Below, piece by piece: positions 37,564 to 46,976 of a stretch of DNA of 64,000 nucleotides. Every line of letters begins with the position of its first letter. Positions within the stretch are counted from its first letter, which is position 1. The DNA is taken from assembly GCA_034006035.1 (NCBI GenBank), contig JAVETN010000004.1, positions 128,827 through 192,826 of the forward strand. Reading direction: 5' to 3'. Source of the stretch: Desulforegulaceae bacterium. Lineage in GTDB: Bacteria; Desulfobacterota; Desulfobacteria; Desulfobacterales; JACKCP01. The notes beneath the pieces are model-generated. The model did no database searches. It saw nothing but the letters and a program-made list of their open reading frames with translations, and was not told the DNA's origin. Made by a program: the position numbers and the translations under genes.

Positions 37564-37719
37564 ACTGTCTATATTGTCAAAGCATTATGAAAAGCCTGCT
37601 GCCTTATTTTTAAGGTTTGAGGCACTGGTTAAATTAGTTTTTATTAAATCAAAAAGTTAAAGGCAAGTAAATCAAAAATCAAAGGCAAGTAATACCTTTG
37701 AACTGAAAAGGAGGTTGTT

Positions 37720-39102
37720 TTGTCAGCTACATTTTACCCCTACGTGGGGGCATTGATATGGATTAGTATTTTGCTTGTTTGTGGTGCTTTCCTGAGAAGC
37801 AAGATTTCTTTTCTTCAAAAGGCATTGGTTCCCTCATCTTTGATAGGTGGGCTTGTGGGGTTTGTTCTGTTAAATACAGGGCTTATAGGCATGCCGACAC
37901 CCGAAGGTTGGATGCCCATTCCTTCAAAGGTTTTTGGCGTAATGGTTTATCATTTGTTTGCCTTTGGTTTTGTTGGTGTAGGTTTGATGCAACAGAGCAA
38001 AATTACGGGTGGAACAAAATCCAAGTGGATACGAAACGGTGCACTCTGGATGGCATTTATGTATTGCTTGGTTTATGCAGTGCAGGGGATAGCAGGAAAA
38101 AGTATCTTTGAGTTAGCAAAGGCTGTTAAGGGAGGAGAGTTTTTTACTGGATTTGGCTATCTTGTGTCTTCGGGGTTTTCTCAGTCACCCGGAGCTGCCC
38201 AGGCTTTTGGTAGTATTTGGGAAAGCACCTATGGTATCCAAGGTTCTGGCAGCGTTGGGCTTGCATTTGGTGCCATGGGCTTTTTGTGTGCCATTTGTCT
38301 TGGGATTCCTCTTGCCAACTTGGGAGTTAAGAAAGGCTGGATTACTGAGCCAACTTCCAAGGAAATTTCCCCTAGTTTTCTGAAAGGAATGATGGGCAAA
38401 GGAGAGGCTGTCGAATGTGCCAGGACAACAACTCATCCATCAAATATTGATAGCTTTGCCTTTCATCTTGCAGTTATGGGTGCTCTTTATGCGATGGGCT
38501 ATATGTTTGCCCTAGGTTGGTCGGTCCAGCTGCCTAAAGGGATAAATGGACTTGGTTTTGGTCTTTTATATACCTGGGGAATGATTGCAGGATTACTTAC
38601 CCGGAAGGTGCTTGCTAAAATTGACAAGATTCATGTTATTGATAATTCAACTATTAGGCGGATTACCAGCAGTACCATAGATTATATGATTTGTGCTGTG
38701 TTCATGGGCATTTCCATGAGTGATATCAATGCTATTTTGCTACCCTTTCTTGTAACAGTTGTAGTGGCTGCTCTTTTGACTTATTTTCTTATTTTGTGGT
38801 TTTCCCGCCGTATGCCCGAGTATGGGTTTGAAAGGGGTCTTGCTATTCTAGGATGTTACACAGGGACTGTTGCTTCAGGTTTATTGCTTCTTCGTATAGT
38901 TGATCCTCACTTTAAGTCACCGGCCGCTGTTGAGCTTGCAATAATGAACGTGTTTATTTTGCCAATGATTCAGTTTGTTTATCTGAGTCTGCCCTTTGTT
39001 CCTACAGAAGGCTCTTTGATGTTGCCAATTTTTCTTGCCTATCTTGTCATCATGCCTATTGCTTTGTTTGCTTTTAAATTTGTGGGTAAGCGGCAATGGT
39101 AG
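37720..39102 (+). CDS. GltS-family (sodium/glutamate symporter-like) transporter, TTG start
   Basis: RBS AAAGGAGG. Multi-pass membrane protein. LVPSSLIGGLVGFVL near the N-terminus and ILGCYTGTVASGLLLLRIVDP...MNVFILPMI near the C-terminus parallel E. coli GltS landmarks. Confidence 0.65.
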   Translation: MSATFYPYVGALIWISILLVCGAFLRSKISFLQKALVPSSLIGGLVGFVLLNTGLIGMPTPEGWMPIPSKVFGVMVYHLFAFGFVGVGLMQQSKITGGTKSKWIRNGALWMAFMYCLVYAVQGIAGKSIFELAKAVKGGEFFTGFGYLVSSGFSQSPGAAQAFGSIWESTYGIQGSGSVGLAFGAMGFLCAICLGIPLANLGVKKGWITEPTSKEISPSFLKGMMGKGEAVECARTTTHPSNIDSFAFHLAVMGALYAMGYMFALGWSVQLPKGINGLGFGLLYTWGMIAGLLTRKVLAKIDKIHVIDNSTIRRITSSTIDYMICAVFMGISMSDINAILLPFLVTVVVAALLTYFLILWFSRRMPEYGFERGLAILGCYTGTVASGLLLLRIVDPHFKSPAAVELAIMNVFILPMIQFVYLSLPFVPTEGSLMLPIFLAYLVIMPIALFAFKFVGKRQW

Positions 39103-39163
39103 CTTGCTATTTGCTTCCATTAGGCGGTGTACTTTTAATTAATTTTTCTTAACGTTAATTTTT

Positions 39164-39198
39164 GCAGGCTGATTCCTTCCAGTGGACTGTCAGCCTGC
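39164..39198 (+). terminator. Hairpin downstream of the transporter gene
   Basis: gcaggctga / tcagcctgc 9-bp stem with a 17-nt loop. The T-tract is weak. Confidence 0.35.
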
Positions 39199-39400
39199 AA
39201 CTTTATAAACATTTAATAGTTCGTACGGCTTTTGGGATACAGAGTTAAAGTTTACTCCTATATAAATGATAGATGTAGATCTTTGTTGATTTGCTAAAAC
39301 ACCAGCTTTATCTGGTATTTTTAGTTGATTATGGAAAAGGTGAGTTAGTGTTGGATTTGCTTTTAATCTGAGACCAAAATGCCGTCAAAGGAAGTGCTTT

Positions 39401-40552
39401 ATGGTGAAGACTTTTAAAATTAATGTCCCAAATGAAATTATTGAATCAATTCGTCAGCGCGTTGCAGATTTTCCCTGGCATGAAATGATAGATGACGGTG
39501 GCTGGGATTATGGTACAAACCTCAACTATATGAAAGAATTATCTTCCTATTGGGTTGAGAGTTATGATTGGAAAAAACATGAAGAACAGATGAATAGGTT
39601 TGAGCATTTTAAAGCCCAGGTTGATGGTATTGAGATGCATTATATTTTGGAAAAGGGAAGCGGCGATAATCCTATGCCTTTACTGATCAGCCACGGATGG
39701 CCGGGGTCTTTTGTTGAAAGCCTTGGAATTATTGAGAAATTGGCCCACCCTGAACGGTTTGGAGGCAAAGTAGAAGATGCTTTTGATGTAATTGTTCCAT
39801 CTTTACCAGGTTTTGGTTTTTCCGGCCGTCCTCCCAGGCCTTATGGTCCTAGGGCCATGGCTAGGGTCTTAAATGAACTAATGGTAGATGTTCTAAATTA
39901 TGACTCCTATTATGCTTGTGGTGGTGATTGGGGTAGTGCTATTTCTAGCTGGCTGGGCTATGATCATTTTAAACATTGCAAAGCCATTCATATCAATTTT
40001 CCTACCATGAGACACGTTGATGGTCCTCAAACTCCTGAGGAAGAGGCCTGGGTAAAATCCTGTGAAACCCTTCCTAGAATAGTTCTCCAAGATGGTTATA
40101 GGATTCAGCAGGCCACCAAGCCCCAGACCTTGAGTTATGCAATGATGGATAGTCCAGTTGGGGTGGCAGCTTGGATAGTTGAAAAGTTTCACGCCTGGTC
40201 TGATATTGATGGGGATAATTTGGAGAGCGTCCACTCTAAAGATAGTATATTGACAAATATCATGGTTTACCTTGTGACTAAGACTTTTAATACTTCAATC
40301 TGGATATATTATGGACGTAGGGAAGAGGGGGGACGAATTCTGGGGACCAAAGAGCGGCCCAGGGTAGATGTTCCCACGGCCGCAGCTATATTCCCGGCGG
40401 AAAGCTTTCCTTGGCCTCCTCGCTCATATTTTGAACGCCTTTATAATATTCAGCGTTGGACTTGTTTTTCCAGTGGTGGGCATTTTGCTTTCTTGGAGGA
40501 ATCTGAAAAAATGGTTAATGACATTGTTGAATTTGCCCGCTCTTTTCGATAA
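39401..40552 (+). CDS. Epoxide hydrolase (alpha/beta hydrolase with epoxide-hydrolase N-terminal domain)
   Basis: RVADFPWHE...GIEMHYI...LLISHGWPGSFVE...GGDWGS pattern of microsomal-type epoxide hydrolases. Confidence 0.75.
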   Translation: MVKTFKINVPNEIIESIRQRVADFPWHEMIDDGGWDYGTNLNYMKELSSYWVESYDWKKHEEQMNRFEHFKAQVDGIEMHYILEKGSGDNPMPLLISHGWPGSFVESLGIIEKLAHPERFGGKVEDAFDVIVPSLPGFGFSGRPPRPYGPRAMARVLNELMVDVLNYDSYYACGGDWGSAISSWLGYDHFKHCKAIHINFPTMRHVDGPQTPEEEAWVKSCETLPRIVLQDGYRIQQATKPQTLSYAMMDSPVGVAAWIVEKFHAWSDIDGDNLESVHSKDSILTNIMVYLVTKTFNTSIWIYYGRREEGGRILGTKERPRVDVPTAAAIFPAESFPWPPRSYFERLYNIQRWTCFSSGGHFAFLEESEKMVNDIVEFARSFR

Positions 40553-40629
40553 TTTTTTTGTAAAGGGTTGATTAAAATGACATATAAAACCAATATGTTT
40601 TCTGTGAATTTTTTAGGAGAAGGATTCTA

Positions 40630-41859
40630 ATGGAGAGCCTTAAAATGCTTTATCGTATAGGGCTTGGTCCTTCATCAAGCCATACCATGGGGCCAAGATT
40701 TGCCGGAGAACGGTTTTTAGACTGCTACCCTAGAGCTTATCGTTATCGTGTGACCTTGTATGGCAGCCTTGCAGCAACCGGTAAAGGCCACTTGACGGAT
40801 GTGGCTTTATATGAAGTTTTTGGCCGGGAAAAAATGAGCCTTGTATGGCGGCCTGATTTTAGCTTGCCAGAGCATCCTAATGGGATGAAATTTGAAGCTT
40901 TTTCCTTGTCTGGGGCTTTGTTAGGATCACAGGTCTATTTCAGTGTGGGCGGAGGCAGTGTTCGAGTTCCCGAGGACATTGGTTTAACAACAAAGTCGTT
41001 TTATCCCCATGAAAACCTCCTGGATATAATGGAGCATTGTGCTCAAAGAGGAATCACCTATTGGGAATATGTAGCAGAACATGATAATGAGGTGTTTTTT
41101 TTTCACTTGGAGTCCGTTTGGAATGCTATGAAAGCTTCTGTTAAAAAAGGATTGAGTTCTCACGGAGTTTTACCAGGTTCCTTGGGATTAGGGCGAAGGG
41201 CTTGGCTTTTTCACCAAAGAACTCGGTCTTCTGCGGAAGATATGCAGGAAACTGGTTTAATAACCTCTTATGCTCTGGCTGTTTCCGAGGAAAATGCAGG
41301 CGGGGGGACGATTGTGACTGCACCCACCTGTGGTTCCTGCGGGATACTCCCTGCTGTTTTGTATTATATGCAGAATAAAAGGAAGTTTACAGATTTGGAT
41401 ATTATCAAGGCACTTGCTACAGCAGGGGTCTTTGGCAATGTCATCAAAAAAAATGCTTCGATTTCAGGTGCTGAGGTGGGCTGTCAAGGTGAGGTAGGTT
41501 CGGCCTGTGCCATGGCTGCTGCTGCTGCATGTCAGCTTTTAGGAGGTTCTCTTAACCAGATTGAGTATGCTGCTGAAATGGGCCTTGAACACCATTTGGG
41601 ATTGACTTGTGATCCAGTTAAGGGCCTTGTTCAGATTCCCTGCATTGAAAGAAATGCTTGTGCCGCTACTCGAGCATTATCTATTGCTAAAATGTCCATT
41701 TTGTCGGATGGAACCCATCTGATTTCTTTTGATGAAGTTGTCTCAGTTATGAAGAAGACTGGTCATGATTTGCCAAGTTTATACAGGGAGACATCAGTAG
41801 GCGGGCTTGCCGGGATGTATAAAAAACGAAAAAACAAAGATAGATCTGGAACCACCTAA
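40630..41859 (+). CDS. sdaA: L-serine ammonia-lyase (Fe-S type L-serine dehydratase), short single-chain form
   Basis: LYRIGLGPSSSHTMGP, TGKGHLTD, PTCGSCGILPAV, GAEVGCQGEVGSACAMAAA. Confidence 0.85.
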   Translation: MESLKMLYRIGLGPSSSHTMGPRFAGERFLDCYPRAYRYRVTLYGSLAATGKGHLTDVALYEVFGREKMSLVWRPDFSLPEHPNGMKFEAFSLSGALLGSQVYFSVGGGSVRVPEDIGLTTKSFYPHENLLDIMEHCAQRGITYWEYVAEHDNEVFFFHLESVWNAMKASVKKGLSSHGVLPGSLGLGRRAWLFHQRTRSSAEDMQETGLITSYALAVSEENAGGGTIVTAPTCGSCGILPAVLYYMQNKRKFTDLDIIKALATAGVFGNVIKKNASISGAEVGCQGEVGSACAMAAAAACQLLGGSLNQIEYAAEMGLEHHLGLTCDPVKGLVQIPCIERNACAATRALSIAKMSILSDGTHLISFDEVVSVMKKTGHDLPSLYRETSVGGLAGMYKKRKNKDRSGTT

Positions 41860-42014
41860 ATTATGAACAGGTTTTATTTTGGAACTGAATCAGCAGGCAC
41901 TTTGTAAGTGATAAAAGAAAACATTAAATATTATATTTTTTAGATTTTTCATAATCAATTATAATCTTTTATAGTTACTAGGCAGTTGGAAAGACTGAAA
42001 TGAAAGGTAATTAA

Positions 42015-42521
42015 ATGGAAAACAATATTTCTCTTATAGGGATGCCTGCTGCAGGGAAAAGTAGTGTAGGTGTTATTCTTGCAAAACATATGAATATGAA
42101 TTTTTTGGATACAGATATTCTTATTCAGCAGAAAAAAGGGAAAATGCTTTTTGAGCTTATAAATGAATTTGGGCTTGAAGGTTTTTGTAGGATAGAAGAA
42201 GAGGTTGTTTCAAGCATAAACTTAAATGGTTGTGTGATTGCTACAGGGGGAAGTGTGGTTTTGAGTACAAAGGCGATGAAACATCTAAAATCCACTGGTA
42301 AAATAGTTTATCTTGAAACTTCAATGGATGTGGTTTCCAAAAGGCTTTCAGATCTTAACCAAAGGGGAGTGGTTTATAAAAAAGGGCAGACAATAAAAGA
42401 TATTTATGAAGAAAGGGTCTCTTTGTATGAAAAATGGGCAGATTTTAAAATTGATTCATCTTTGGGAAGGCCAGAAGATGTTATGAATTCGATCATCAGC
42501 ACAATTTGTATTGATAAATAA
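42015..42521 (+). CDS. aroK: Shikimate kinase
   Basis: ISLIGMPAAGKSSVGVILA...FLDTD...ATGGG(S)VV pattern. Confidence 0.85.
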   Translation: MENNISLIGMPAAGKSSVGVILAKHMNMNFLDTDILIQQKKGKMLFELINEFGLEGFCRIEEEVVSSINLNGCVIATGGSVVLSTKAMKHLKSTGKIVYLETSMDVVSKRLSDLNQRGVVYKKGQTIKDIYEERVSLYEKWADFKIDSSLGRPEDVMNSIISTICIDK

Positions 42522-43060
42522 TCTTGTTTTAATAGATAAAAAACCTTTCTTCCAGTCCCAGTGCTGGTTAACTTATCTTTAGTAAAATTTGTTTTTTATG
42601 AGAAATTTCCAAGACAATGGTAAATAAGAAGTTTTAAGTCTGTGAAATTTTTTTCTAGAGTTTTAATCATTCCACCAAAAATATCTAAAAGGGTCTATGG
42701 TGTTGACCCAAATCCTTTGGAAACCTATCCAGACATTAATGCTAACAACTTTTAAATATAATATTTATTGAGACCTTAAAAACAACAATCTGGATTTCAA
42801 TGGATTTTTTTAAGAAAAATAAAATATCTTAATGATATTATTGATTCAATTTTTAAAAAGATTAGAAATTATGTTATTGTTTGTTTTGTCTGGGATAGAA
42901 CTTAGAATTATTCCTGGTAAAGTTGAGTTGAAATTATATATTAGCTGGTTTTAATAGCATCTGTGTTTTATTTGTAAAAAAATTGTTATAAGAATAAAAA
43001 AACTGACAACTTAATAAATGCTCTGAAATTATTAATGGTTTTTATCTTTATTAAAGATAA

Positions 43061-44608
43061 ATGAGAGTAACTCTTTTAAAAATACAAGCAATTGGTTTAG
43101 ATAGAAAAAAGTTTGTAATGGAAAGAATTATAATGAGTGATAACTCCCAAAAATTAAAACTTACAGCAATTCAGCGTTTGGATTGTTTTTTTGACAAGGG
43201 AACTTTTAGAGAAATTGATGTTTATGTATCCCATAGGTGCACAAACTTTGGAATGGAAAAAGAGTCCATACCCTATGATGGAGTTCTTACAGGTTTTGGT
43301 CTTGTAAACGGGAAAAAAGTTTTTGCCTATGCCCAGGATTTTAAATCAAAGGGCGGTTCTCTTGGAGAAATGCATGCAAAAAAAATATGCAAAGTCCTTG
43401 ATCTTGCTGTTTCAACTGGCAATCCTGTGGTGGGGTTTCATGATTCAGGCGGTGCAAGAATCCAGGAAGGTGTTGATGCACTAGCAGGATATGGTGAGAT
43501 TTTTTACAGAAATACCAGAGCATCAGGAGTTATTCCACAAATTTGCGCCATTATGGGTCCCACTGCAGGGGGGGCTGTTTACTCTCCAGCACTTATGGAC
43601 TTTATATTTATGGTTAAAAAATCATCATATATGTTTATTACAGGCCCTGATGTAATTAAGTCTGTTACCGGAGAAGTTATAAGTGCTGAAGAGCTTGGAG
43701 GAGCAGATACCCATACAAGAGTGTCAGGAGTATCTCATTTTGCCTGTGACTCTGATATTGAATGTATTGAGGAAATAAAAAAACTTCTTGATTATCTTCC
43801 TCCAAACAATTTTTCAGGAGCTCCTTTAAACGAGATAATTGATGATCCTTTCAGAGAAACAATTTCACTTGAGTCAATTATTCCTGACAACGATTCCTTT
43901 CCCTATGATATGAAAAAAATTATTAAAGAAATTGCTGACAGAGATAGTTTTTTTGAAGTTTCAAAGGATTTTGCAAGAAATATTATCATTGGTTTTTTGA
44001 GAATTGGAGGAAATTGTGTTGGTGTAGTTGCCAATCAGCCAGACTATCTTGCCGGGTGTCTTGATATAGATGCTTCAGACAAAGCTTCAAGGTTTATCCG
44101 TTTTTGCGATGCATTTAATATTCCTATTTTAACAATTGCAGATGTTCCAGGTTTTCTTCCGGGTAAAGATCAGGAATTTGGAGGGATAATTCGTCATGGG
44201 GCAAAAATTTTGTGGAGTTACTCAGAGGCAAGTGTAGGAAAAATTTTGCTTATAACAAGAAAAGCCTATGGGGGAGCATATATAGCAATGTCTTCAAGGC
44301 ATCTTGGAGCAGATTTGGTGTTTTCTTGGCCAAAAGCTGAAATTGCAGTTATGGGCGCTTCAGGTGCAGTTGAAATCATCCATAGAAAAGCCCTTGAAAA
44401 TTCTCAAGATCGGGATTTGCTTAAAAAAAGACTGGTTGAAGATTATAGGGAGAAATTCTCAAATCCCTATACAGCAGCTTCAAGAGGATATATAGATTCA
44501 GTGATAAGGCCTTTTGAAACAAGGGCTGTAATTTATGAATCCTTGACTTTTATTTCCTCAAAAAAAGCAGAGTTTCCAGATAAAAAACATGGAAATATGC
44601 CTTTATAG
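43061..44608 (+). CDS. Acyl-CoA carboxyltransferase (propionyl-CoA carboxylase beta / methylmalonyl-CoA decarboxylase alpha / transcarboxylase 12S type)
   Basis: GGSLGEMHAKKI, FHDSGGARIQEG, MGPTAGGAVYSPAL, ITRKAYGGAY. The true start is probably ATG 43133 (MSDNSQKLKLTAIQRLD...) or 43118. Confidence 0.9.
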   Translation: MRVTLLKIQAIGLDRKKFVMERIIMSDNSQKLKLTAIQRLDCFFDKGTFREIDVYVSHRCTNFGMEKESIPYDGVLTGFGLVNGKKVFAYAQDFKSKGGSLGEMHAKKICKVLDLAVSTGNPVVGFHDSGGARIQEGVDALAGYGEIFYRNTRASGVIPQICAIMGPTAGGAVYSPALMDFIFMVKKSSYMFITGPDVIKSVTGEVISAEELGGADTHTRVSGVSHFACDSDIECIEEIKKLLDYLPPNNFSGAPLNEIIDDPFRETISLESIIPDNDSFPYDMKKIIKEIADRDSFFEVSKDFARNIIIGFLRIGGNCVGVVANQPDYLAGCLDIDASDKASRFIRFCDAFNIPILTIADVPGFLPGKDQEFGGIIRHGAKILWSYSEASVGKILLITRKAYGGAYIAMSSRHLGADLVFSWPKAEIAVMGASGAVEIIHRKALENSQDRDLLKKRLVEDYREKFSNPYTAASRGYIDSVIRPFETRAVIYESLTFISSKKAEFPDKKHGNMPL

Positions 44609-44618
44609 GAGAAAAAAA

Positions 44619-44819
44619 ATGAAGAAAAGTGAAAAAGTTGCCATAGCAGCTGTTATTGCATATATGGATTGGCAAAATCAAGCTGCCGATTTTATGAAGA
44701 TGAAAAAAAAAGCCTATGAAAATTATTTTTCAAAAGCCAGCCCAGCCTGGAATGAAAATGGAATTAGAAATATAATCACCGGCAGAAAAATTCTTGATGC
44801 CAAAACCAGACTTGACTGA
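44619..44819 (+). CDS. Small 66-aa protein between the two carboxylase genes (possible small subunit)
   Basis: ATG 44619 with AGGAG 7 nt upstream. MKKSEKVAIAAVIAYMDWQ... The track start at 44589 overlaps the upstream gene. Confidence 0.4.
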   Translation: MKKSEKVAIAAVIAYMDWQNQAADFMKMKKKAYENYFSKASPAWNENGIRNIITGRKILDAKTRLD

Positions 44820-44851
44820 TTTAAAATATTGTAAAAACAGGTGAATTAACC

Positions 44852-46795
44852 ATGAATCATATTGAAATTTGCGATTCAACTTTAACTGACGGATTTCAGC
44901 TTTTATTTTCTGCAATGGGAAGAACTCCAGATCTTGTTTTAATGGCAAGGCTCCTTGATGAAGCAGGTTATAGCAGTGTTGAAATATCTGGATATGCCTC
45001 CTTTGATGTTCCCCACAGGCATTTAAATGAAGACCCTTGGGAAAGAATAAGGCTTCTTGGAAGAGCACTTAGAAAAACCAAAGTTTCAATGGTTTTAAGA
45101 GGAAGGGGGCTTGTTGGTTATTATCCCTGCCCTGATGATGTTATCAATGCTTTCCTTGAAAGGGTGTCTGCCAATAAAATAAAAATTGTTAAACTTTTTG
45201 ATCCCATTAATGACACTGATAATCTTACCTCAATGTCTAAAAAAATAAAATCGGAAGGAATGAAGCTTCAAGGAGGGATCCATTACAGCCTGACTTCTTC
45301 AGGCGGGCTTTTAAATGAAACTGTTTACAATTTTGACTATTATCTTGAAAAGGCAAAGCAATTTGAGGCAATGGGAGCAGATAGTTTATGTGTTAAAGAC
45401 AGTATGGGGATAATGACTCCTTTTGACTGTTTTGAGCTTGTTTCAAGATTAAAAGATAAAACTTTTCTTCCTATTTTTATCCATACAAGATCCAGTGGGG
45501 GAATGGGGCAGATGACTCTTCTTAAAGCATGTGAAGCAGGTGCTAGAGGAGTTGATACCTGTATGTCTGTTTTTGGAGGAAGAAACTCACTTCCTGCTGC
45601 AGAACCTTTGGTAAAAGCTTTGTCCAGCCAATTTGGCCAGATAACTCCTGATCTTGCAAAGCTTGATGAAACAGCAGAGTTTGTTGAAGAAGAAATTATA
45701 CCAAAATATAGATTTTTTCTTAATGAGTCTAAGGTTTCACTTGTTGATTCAAAGCTTCTTGCCGGAGGAATTCCAGGGAAAATAGCAGAGTTTTTAAATA
45801 CCAGGCTTAAAGAGGTTTCTAATGGAAAAAGATTTTGGGAAGCAGTTGAAAAAATTCCTTTTATAAGAAAAGATTTAGGCCAGATACCTTTTGTAAGCCC
45901 CGGGTCATATGTGATTGCACTTCAGGCTTTGAACAATACAATCCATGATGCGTTTAAAGGTGAATACAAGGTAATTATAGAGCAGATTTCTGAGCTTGTA
46001 CAAGGCAAGTTTGGAAAGACTCCCAGGGATATTTCTCCTGAACTTAAAAATAAAATTGAAGAACTTTATCCTGAAAAAAATGATGATTTTGATACTAAAG
46101 TTCTAACTTTGACAGAAGCTGCTAAAAACATTAAAGGACTGGCCGCTGATATTGAAGATGAGCTTATTTATGCAATTTTTCCCAAAACAGGGAAAAAATT
46201 TTTAAAATGGAAATATCATAGAGAAGATCCGCCAAGGGACTCAAAACCTATCTCCCTTGAAGAAGCAAAAGAAAGGCTGGATAAAGTAAGGAAAATCCGG
46301 GAAGGACGTACTTTTGATGAAGAAATAGCAGAGATTCCGGAAAAGGGACCGGGAACAAGAGTGTTTAATGTGTTTGTGGGAGATGAATATTTTGAAGTTG
46401 CAGTTGATCCGGGCAGCCAGCCTTTTATTTCCTATTCTTCATCTGAAGAAACTGAATATTTTTCAGAAAGAGAAAAAAAATCAGCTTTTGTTCTTGAAAA
46501 ACCAGTTAAAGAAATTCAGATTAAAGATGTTCCACGAAAAACTTCTAAGGATTTAAAAGAGTTCCAAGATTTTGTTTTTGTTAAGGCACCAATGCCGGGT
46601 TCCATAGAATCTTTGAGAAAAAAGCCGGGGGAAGAAGTAAGGGAAGGGGAAATTATTCTTGTTCTTGAAGCCATGAAAATGGAAAATCCTCTAACTTCTC
46701 CTGTTGACGGTGTGATTACTGAAATAAGATGCCAGGGTGGAGATCAGGTGCCAAAGGATTTTATTCTCTGTGTAATTGATAAAAGCAATATCTGA
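44852..46795 (+). CDS. Oxaloacetate decarboxylase alpha / pyruvate carboxylase subunit B / transcarboxylase 5S-type carboxyltransferase fused to a biotinyl carrier domain
   Basis: N-terminal HMGL-like TIM-barrel region (ICDSTLTDGFQ). C-terminal EAMKMENPLTSPVDGVITEI biotin attachment motif. Confidence 0.85.
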   Translation: MNHIEICDSTLTDGFQLLFSAMGRTPDLVLMARLLDEAGYSSVEISGYASFDVPHRHLNEDPWERIRLLGRALRKTKVSMVLRGRGLVGYYPCPDDVINAFLERVSANKIKIVKLFDPINDTDNLTSMSKKIKSEGMKLQGGIHYSLTSSGGLLNETVYNFDYYLEKAKQFEAMGADSLCVKDSMGIMTPFDCFELVSRLKDKTFLPIFIHTRSSGGMGQMTLLKACEAGARGVDTCMSVFGGRNSLPAAEPLVKALSSQFGQITPDLAKLDETAEFVEEEIIPKYRFFLNESKVSLVDSKLLAGGIPGKIAEFLNTRLKEVSNGKRFWEAVEKIPFIRKDLGQIPFVSPGSYVIALQALNNTIHDAFKGEYKVIIEQISELVQGKFGKTPRDISPELKNKIEELYPEKNDDFDTKVLTLTEAAKNIKGLAADIEDELIYAIFPKTGKKFLKWKYHREDPPRDSKPISLEEAKERLDKVRKIREGRTFDEEIAEIPEKGPGTRVFNVFVGDEYFEVAVDPGSQPFISYSSSEETEYFSEREKKSAFVLEKPVKEIQIKDVPRKTSKDLKEFQDFVFVKAPMPGSIESLRKKPGEEVREGEIILVLEAMKMENPLTSPVDGVITEIRCQGGDQVPKDFILCVIDKSNI

Positions 46796-46976
46796 CAAAA
46801 TTCAATTTTATCATTCTTACTAAGAAGTCCACTTTCTGAGTAATCTAAAGTGGGGGATGAATACGCTTTAAACCTAGGTTTGATAAAAACCCCTTTTGAG
46901 TATTTTATTCAGGAGGGGAGTATCTTCACGAAGAACCTAAACAAAAAACAGGTTTTTTTGATAATAAGGATAGACT

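Noticed and set aside
32755-38436. Several 76-136-aa ORFs (32755-33081, 33429-33716, 34349-34759, 34569-34817, 36151-36561, 36697-36984, 37779-38111, 38153-38383, 38185-38436)
   Set aside because: All overlap strongly supported genes (wrbA, aldehyde dehydrogenase, sigma-54 activator, GltS-like) in other frames. Their abundance here reflects the higher GC of this block rather than real genes.
39305-39325. Candidate sigma-54 element ctggtatttttagttga upstream of the epoxide hydrolase gene
   Set aside because: A GG is present, but there is no GC at the -12 register (positions 14-15 read TG).
42522-43060. Possible tmRNA, tRNA or RNase P RNA in the long spacer (contains ...ttccaccaaaa)
   Set aside because: There is no T-loop (GGTTCGAATCC-like) sequence before the CCA-like string, no GGAAAGTCCGG-type RNase P core, and the sequence is extremely AT-rich with little stem potential.
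44730-45068. 112-aa minus-strand ORF spanning the small-ORF/5S gene junction
   Set aside because: It overlaps two plus-strand genes that have RBSs and recognisable domains, and has no motif support.
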